DNA of 20,000 nucleotides from the sequence record DRR723986_9380. The stretch is one strand, 5' to 3'. The position numbers were made by a program, and so were the translations under genes. Below are positions 15,850 to 20,000 of this stretch, in pieces. A model generated the notes under the pieces. The model saw only the letters and a list, made by a program, of their open reading frames with translations, was not told where the DNA came from and searched no databases. Each line of letters opens with the position of its first letter. Position 1 is the stretch's first letter.

Positions 15850-18768
15850 CTAATCAATTATAGCCTCATAGATTAAACGCTGAATCTCAGTTCTAATATT
15901 CTCTTTGAGTAATAAATTCTTACCTGCTTCAGGGTAGGTTCTATTAGCTAAAAAGACGTATACAATTTCTTCTTCAGGATCTGCCCATGCATACGTACCT
16001 GTAAAACCAGAGTGACCAAAGCTTGTCATAGAAATACAACCGCAAGTAGGTCCTTCATCGCCTAACTGAGGTTTATCAAAACCAATACCTCTTCTATTAT
16101 CATTTTCGCAATAATAACACGTATTAAACTTGTCAATGGTTTCACTTTTAAGATAACGCTTACCTCCGTAAAACCCTTTTTGCAAGTACATTTGCATAAT
16201 TTTAGCAACATCATTGGCATTACTAAAAACACCTGCATGTCCGCCTACTCCACCTTGCATTGCAGCACCCATATCATGAACATAACCATGTACCTTTTTG
16301 TAACGGTAGTAATTGTCAACTTCTGCAGGTACAATATCCTTTAAACTAAACTTTTTACGTGGATTATAGGTTGTGTAATTAACACCTAAAGATTTGTAAT
16401 AACGATCTTCTGTTATTTCGCTGAGTGATTTATCATAAAAACTTTCTAAATAATTTTTTAAAATGTAATATGGTAAGTCACTGTAACGATAACGCAATCT
16501 TGACAGTAATTCACTTTCTTTTATAATTTCTTGAATTGAATCTTGATAGTCATTACGCATAAAAAGTGTATTGGTAACTTCTACATTAAATTCTCTACTT
16601 GGTTTTCTTCTATAATATTTAGCATCAGGTTTTTTTGTCACTGTATCTAAGGTTGCATAGTAAAAAGGTACCCAAGGTTTTAGTTGTGCGTAATGCGAAA
16701 GCATTTTTTTAATAGTAATGTTGGCTTTGTTTGTGCCTCTATACTCTGGCATTAAGTCTTTTAATTTAGCATCTAAAGACACTGATCCTTGCTCTTCTAG
16801 CTCCATAAGAATTGGAAGTGTTGCTAAAATTTTAGTTAGAGAAGCTACATCGTAGATATCATCAAAATCAACTTTATTTTTCTTCGCATATGTGTGATAA
16901 CCATAGTTTTTATTATAAATCACTTTACCTCTTCTCGCTACCAATAATTGCAAACCTGGCGTCATTCGTTTATTTACCGCATGGTTAGCTACAGAATCTA
17001 TTCTACTTAATAGTTTTGAGTCTACACCTACACGTTCTGGTAATCCATAACTTAAATTATTAAGTGCATTATACGTTACACCTGTACCTAATGGAAAGAA
17101 TTCTCCTGTACTTACTGGTAATTTACCTTTTGCTGGTATAGCTCCAAAAATAAGCTGTGCAGACTTTTGCTGTGCAATTTTACTATTTTGATAACTCATT
17201 ACAATACCTTCAATATTCTCTACCGAAAGTAAATCATTGAGTGCATAAGGTCTGGCAAACACATCTAAGATTAAAGTATTAGTTCTGGCCATTTCATAAA
17301 GCCATGCCATTTCTTTTTGCGAAAGCTTATAGTTTTTCCAAGGATTGTCATTAGATTTATGGTACCCAACAATAACGGTATTATAACTCTGAAGTCTTCC
17401 AATTATACCATCTAATCTATCGGCTTTAATTTCATGAATCTTCGTATACTTTTTTAGTTCCTTTAGGAAGAAAGACCCATCGTCATCACCCAAAGAAACA
17501 TACGCTATCTTCTTAGTTTCTAAGTCCCGAAGAGGTAATAATGACATTTTATTTTTTACAACGGTAATAGCGTTTTCCATAAGGTTTTCATATAACAAAT
17601 CGTCTTTTAATCTATTAAGATCATTTGCTAGATTGTATAAACCAACTGGTGAATAATTATTTAGTCCTACCTTGTACTTAGCCATTAATATCTTTTTTAC
17701 TGAATGTGCTAATCGTTCTTCTGTAATATCACCCTTATTATAGGCATCTAATAACTTTTTTGCTCCTATTGCCACATCTTCAGACATTAATAGTACATCA
17801 TTACCAGCCATAAAAGCAGCTAAGTCTATTGCTCCTGTTTCATTAAAATCTGAAGCGCCCTTCATAGTTAGAGCATCAGTAAAGATTAGGCCTTTAAACC
17901 CTAATCTGTTTTTTAAGATATCAGTAACAATATGTTTTGATAATGAAGATGGTAAGCCTGACTTTTTCTCTAAACTTGGCACATTTAGATGTGCTACCAT
18001 TACACTAGATAATCCTTCTGTTATAAGTGTTTTATATGGATAAAGTTCTACAGAATCAATTCTTTCTTTACTAAAATTTATTGTTGGCAACTTGTAATGT
18101 GAATCATCTTCAGTATCTCCATGTCCAGGAAAATGCTTAGCATTTGCCAATGTGCCTGCACTTTGCATACCCTTCATAAATGCCAATCCTTTTTCTGTGA
18201 CATTGTCTCTATCTTCACCAAAGGATCTATTGCCAATAATAGGATTTTTAGGATTGGTATTAATATCAACAACTGGTGCAAAATTAAAGTGTACACCTAA
18301 TCGTTTACAGTGTTCACCAATTTGTCGACCTGTTTGTTCAATAAGATTGTTATCTGAAATCGCACCAAGCGTCATATTCCATGGAAATGCGTAAGTAGAA
18401 TCTAGTCGCATACTTAAACCCCATTCTGCGTCCATACCGACCAATAGTGGTATTTTAGATGCAGCCTGAAGCTGGTTATTTAACTTAGCTTGCCTATATG
18501 GACCTCCATTAGAGAAAATAACTCCACCTATTTTTTGCTTTTTTATAAGTTGTACAACTTCATTATTTACTTTTTCACTATTGTTAGACATTACTTGTAC
18601 CATGTACAACTGACCAATTTTTTCCTCAATAGTCAAGGTGTTGTAAAGGCTATCCACCCACTGCTTCTGAGCTACAGAATCTTCGGAAAGTAAAGGATGA
18701 CTCGCACTTTCTTGTGCATAATTAAATTGAAAACAGGTGCAAATTAGAATAAGGGCAATGTATCGCAT
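15850..18768 (-). CDS. Secreted GH3 beta-N-acetylglucosaminidase (NagZ type) fused to a C-terminal beta-lactamase-fold serine hydrolase (AmiE/esterase-like)
   Basis: Signal peptide; NagZ motif KHFPGHGDTEDDSH and nucleophile region FTDAL; C-terminal SxxK (ASLTK), YSD, GHAGVFS and FGHSGFTG. Confidence 0.93.
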   Translation of the reverse strand: MRYIALILICTCFQFNYAQESASHPLLSEDSVAQKQWVDSLYNTLTIEEKIGQLYMVQVMSNNSEKVNNEVVQLIKKQKIGGVIFSNGGPYRQAKLNNQLQAASKIPLLVGMDAEWGLSMRLDSTYAFPWNMTLGAISDNNLIEQTGRQIGEHCKRLGVHFNFAPVVDINTNPKNPIIGNRSFGEDRDNVTEKGLAFMKGMQSAGTLANAKHFPGHGDTEDDSHYKLPTINFSKERIDSVELYPYKTLITEGLSSVMVAHLNVPSLEKKSGLPSSLSKHIVTDILKNRLGFKGLIFTDALTMKGASDFNETGAIDLAAFMAGNDVLLMSEDVAIGAKKLLDAYNKGDITEERLAHSVKKILMAKYKVGLNNYSPVGLYNLANDLNRLKDDLLYENLMENAITVVKNKMSLLPLRDLETKKIAYVSLGDDDGSFFLKELKKYTKIHEIKADRLDGIIGRLQSYNTVIVGYHKSNDNPWKNYKLSQKEMAWLYEMARTNTLILDVFARPYALNDLLSVENIEGIVMSYQNSKIAQQKSAQLIFGAIPAKGKLPVSTGEFFPLGTGVTYNALNNLSYGLPERVGVDSKLLSRIDSVANHAVNKRMTPGLQLLVARRGKVIYNKNYGYHTYAKKNKVDFDDIYDVASLTKILATLPILMELEEQGSVSLDAKLKDLMPEYRGTNKANITIKKMLSHYAQLKPWVPFYYATLDTVTKKPDAKYYRRKPSREFNVEVTNTLFMRNDYQDSIQEIIKESELLSRLRYRYSDLPYYILKNYLESFYDKSLSEITEDRYYKSLGVNYTTYNPRKKFSLKDIVPAEVDNYYRYKKVHGYVHDMGAAMQGGVGGHAGVFSNANDVAKIMQMYLQKGFYGGKRYLKSETIDKFNTCYYCENDNRRGIGFDKPQLGDEGPTCGCISMTSFGHSGFTGTYAWADPEEEIVYVFLANRTYPEAGKNLLLKENIRTEIQRLIYEAIID

Positions 18769-18878
18769 GGATTATCTTTTTTCGTTTATCTAGTATTAAC
18801 GAATACTATGCCAAAATAGAATAATTAATACTAAGTTGAAAGACTTTAAGATAGATTTATAAACAAGTTTTTACAATA

Positions 18879-20000
18879 CTAATCTTGAATAAATTTAATG
18901 CCAATACCAATATAATTAGCATCTAAACCTGTATTACGACTGTAATTATTGTATTGAAGGTCTATACTCTTTAAACCAAATTTCCAGACATGTGTTTTAG
19001 CAAAAATATCAGTGTAACTAATGCCAAAGCCAAATTGACTAGCGTTAAATTTAGACAAATCATAATCTGAGGTGTAAAAGGTACTTGTAGACAAATGTTC
19101 ATCGAAAGGTGCAAAATAATCTGCTGCAGTTTGATTATAAAATCGATATGAAGGATAGAGCGTAAACTTTTGAGAAATTTTTATAGGTACTTCTAGATTA
19201 AACGTATGTGACTGAATTCCCCAATCGTCGTAGTAATATCTGTAATACGATCTTAATACAATACTCCCATTAAGATAATAATTGAAACGCATACCTACAG
19301 GAATCTTTAATCTGTTTGATGGTAATCGCTCTATATCATCTGCTAATTGAAAAACATCTCTATTACTTTTTGATTTGTAATTAGGTATACTTTCTGCATT
19401 TCCGATAAAATAATTATCTACGTCAGCAAAATATACACGCTGTAAAGGGTTTGCAAGCCAACCTTGCTGCTTTACAATATCAACAAAAATTGAAAACTGA
19501 GCATTCTTACTTAAAATTTGAGATAAACTCAATGATATCGAATAAGAATTTCTGGCTTTATCTGTTATGATTGGAAAATTATTAAATGGACGCCAAGCTG
19601 TGGATGCATTACCAGACTGATCTAATATTGTAACACCTTCAAAAAAACCGTCGTCTAAATCTCCATCTGTGTTTCTATATGCTTTTAATTCTGTAGGATA
19701 AATAGGTCTCCATGTATCTAAAAACACTTTACCGCTAACACCTAATGTAGTATTTTTTTCATTGAATAACTTAGTTAATCCTCCACCAAATCCAATAGAC
19801 ATATAATCGTACTCATTGGCAAATGATGCATTAGCATTCCAGATGGTATTTCTATCGTCTGAACTATGTGCATAGTTTGCATTAATACTAGACCAGACAT
19901 CTGATCGTGATGCACCTGTTGAAGCAACCCAAGGACTACCAATAATATCATTTTCCGCTCTAGAAATTCTATCATCATCGTCATCATCATCATCATCATC
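18879..20000 (-). CDS. DUF3570 family outer-membrane beta-barrel protein, 5'-truncated by window end
   Basis: The frame stays open from 20000 (DDDDDDDDDDRISRAENDIIGSPWVASTGASRSD...FANEYDYMSIGFGGG), so the ATG at 19802 is internal. ERLP, YRYYYDDWGIQSHT and YTSDYDLSKF motifs. Confidence 0.85.
   Translation of the reverse strand, partial: DDDDDDDDDDRISRAENDIIGSPWVASTGASRSDVWSSINANYAHSSDDRNTIWNANASFANEYDYMSIGFGGGLTKLFNEKNTTLGVSGKVFLDTWRPIYPTELKAYRNTDGDLDDGFFEGVTILDQSGNASTAWRPFNNFPIITDKARNSYSISLSLSQILSKNAQFSIFVDIVKQQGWLANPLQRVYFADVDNYFIGNAESIPNYKSKSNRDVFQLADDIERLPSNRLKIPVGMRFNYYLNGSIVLRSYYRYYYDDWGIQSHTFNLEVPIKISQKFTLYPSYRFYNQTAADYFAPFDEHLSTSTFYTSDYDLSKFNASQFGFGISYTDIFAKTHVWKFGLKSIDLQYNNYSRNTGLDANYIGIGIKFIQD
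19971..20000 (-). repeat. In-frame (GAT)n microsatellite encoding poly-Asp
   Basis: Ten visible Asp codons (9 GAT, 1 GAC) running off the window edge. Confidence 0.95.

Noticed and set aside
15850..17050. Beta-lactamase-fold domain as an antibiotic resistance gene
   Set aside because: It is fused to a NagZ-type GH3 and has YSD and GHSGFTG motifs of AmiE/esterase-like hydrolases, a common Bacteroidota architecture.
9746..18693. Short ORFs 9746-9928, 10934-11176, 11585-11818, 12107-12379, 18152-18394 and 18490-18693
   Set aside because: Shadows of yebC, sulP and the GH3 gene. The Cys-rich look of 10934-11176 is a by-product of the sulP codons.
19775..19999. 74 aa ORF starting MMMMMM
   Set aside because: Alternate-frame reading (ATG)n of the (GAT)n poly-Asp repeat inside the DUF3570 gene.
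1..20000. CRISPR array, tRNA/rRNA, IS element, prophage or recognisable defence system
   Set aside because: No regularly spaced repeats, RNA gene signatures, transposase, integrase or phage genes seen, and nearly all sequence is accounted for by coding regions.

Overview
AT-rich chromosomal window from a Bacteroidota bacterium, most likely a marine Flavobacteriaceae. This is inferred from gene content and TAnnTTTG promoter boxes. It is mostly housekeeping. A minus-strand run contains an FAD/Fe-S oxidoreductase, aroC, a dicarboxylate/amino acid:cation symporter and a GshB-like ATP-grasp ligase that runs off the left edge and is missing from the ORF track. A plus-strand run contains a small outer-membrane beta-barrel, gcvT, an RmlD-like SDR, pterin-4a-carbinolamine dehydratase, a broken chimeric ORF and yebC. 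A likely variable block follows (SulP with an extra C-terminal domain, DUF2200, a membrane protein, a stand-alone GIY-YIG protein). On the minus strand come bshA, a NagZ-type GH3/serine-hydrolase fusion and a DUF3570 protein with a poly-Asp (GAT)n tract at the right edge. I see no RNA gene, CRISPR array, transposase or integrase, and no clearly new multi-gene system. The best leads are the apparent deletion-fusion pseudogene at 9094-9683, the divergent GshB-like ligase co-occurring with bacillithiol synthesis, the structured intergenic region upstream of sulP, and an exact 16-bp element shared by two promoter regions. All family assignments come from motif recognition, not database searches.
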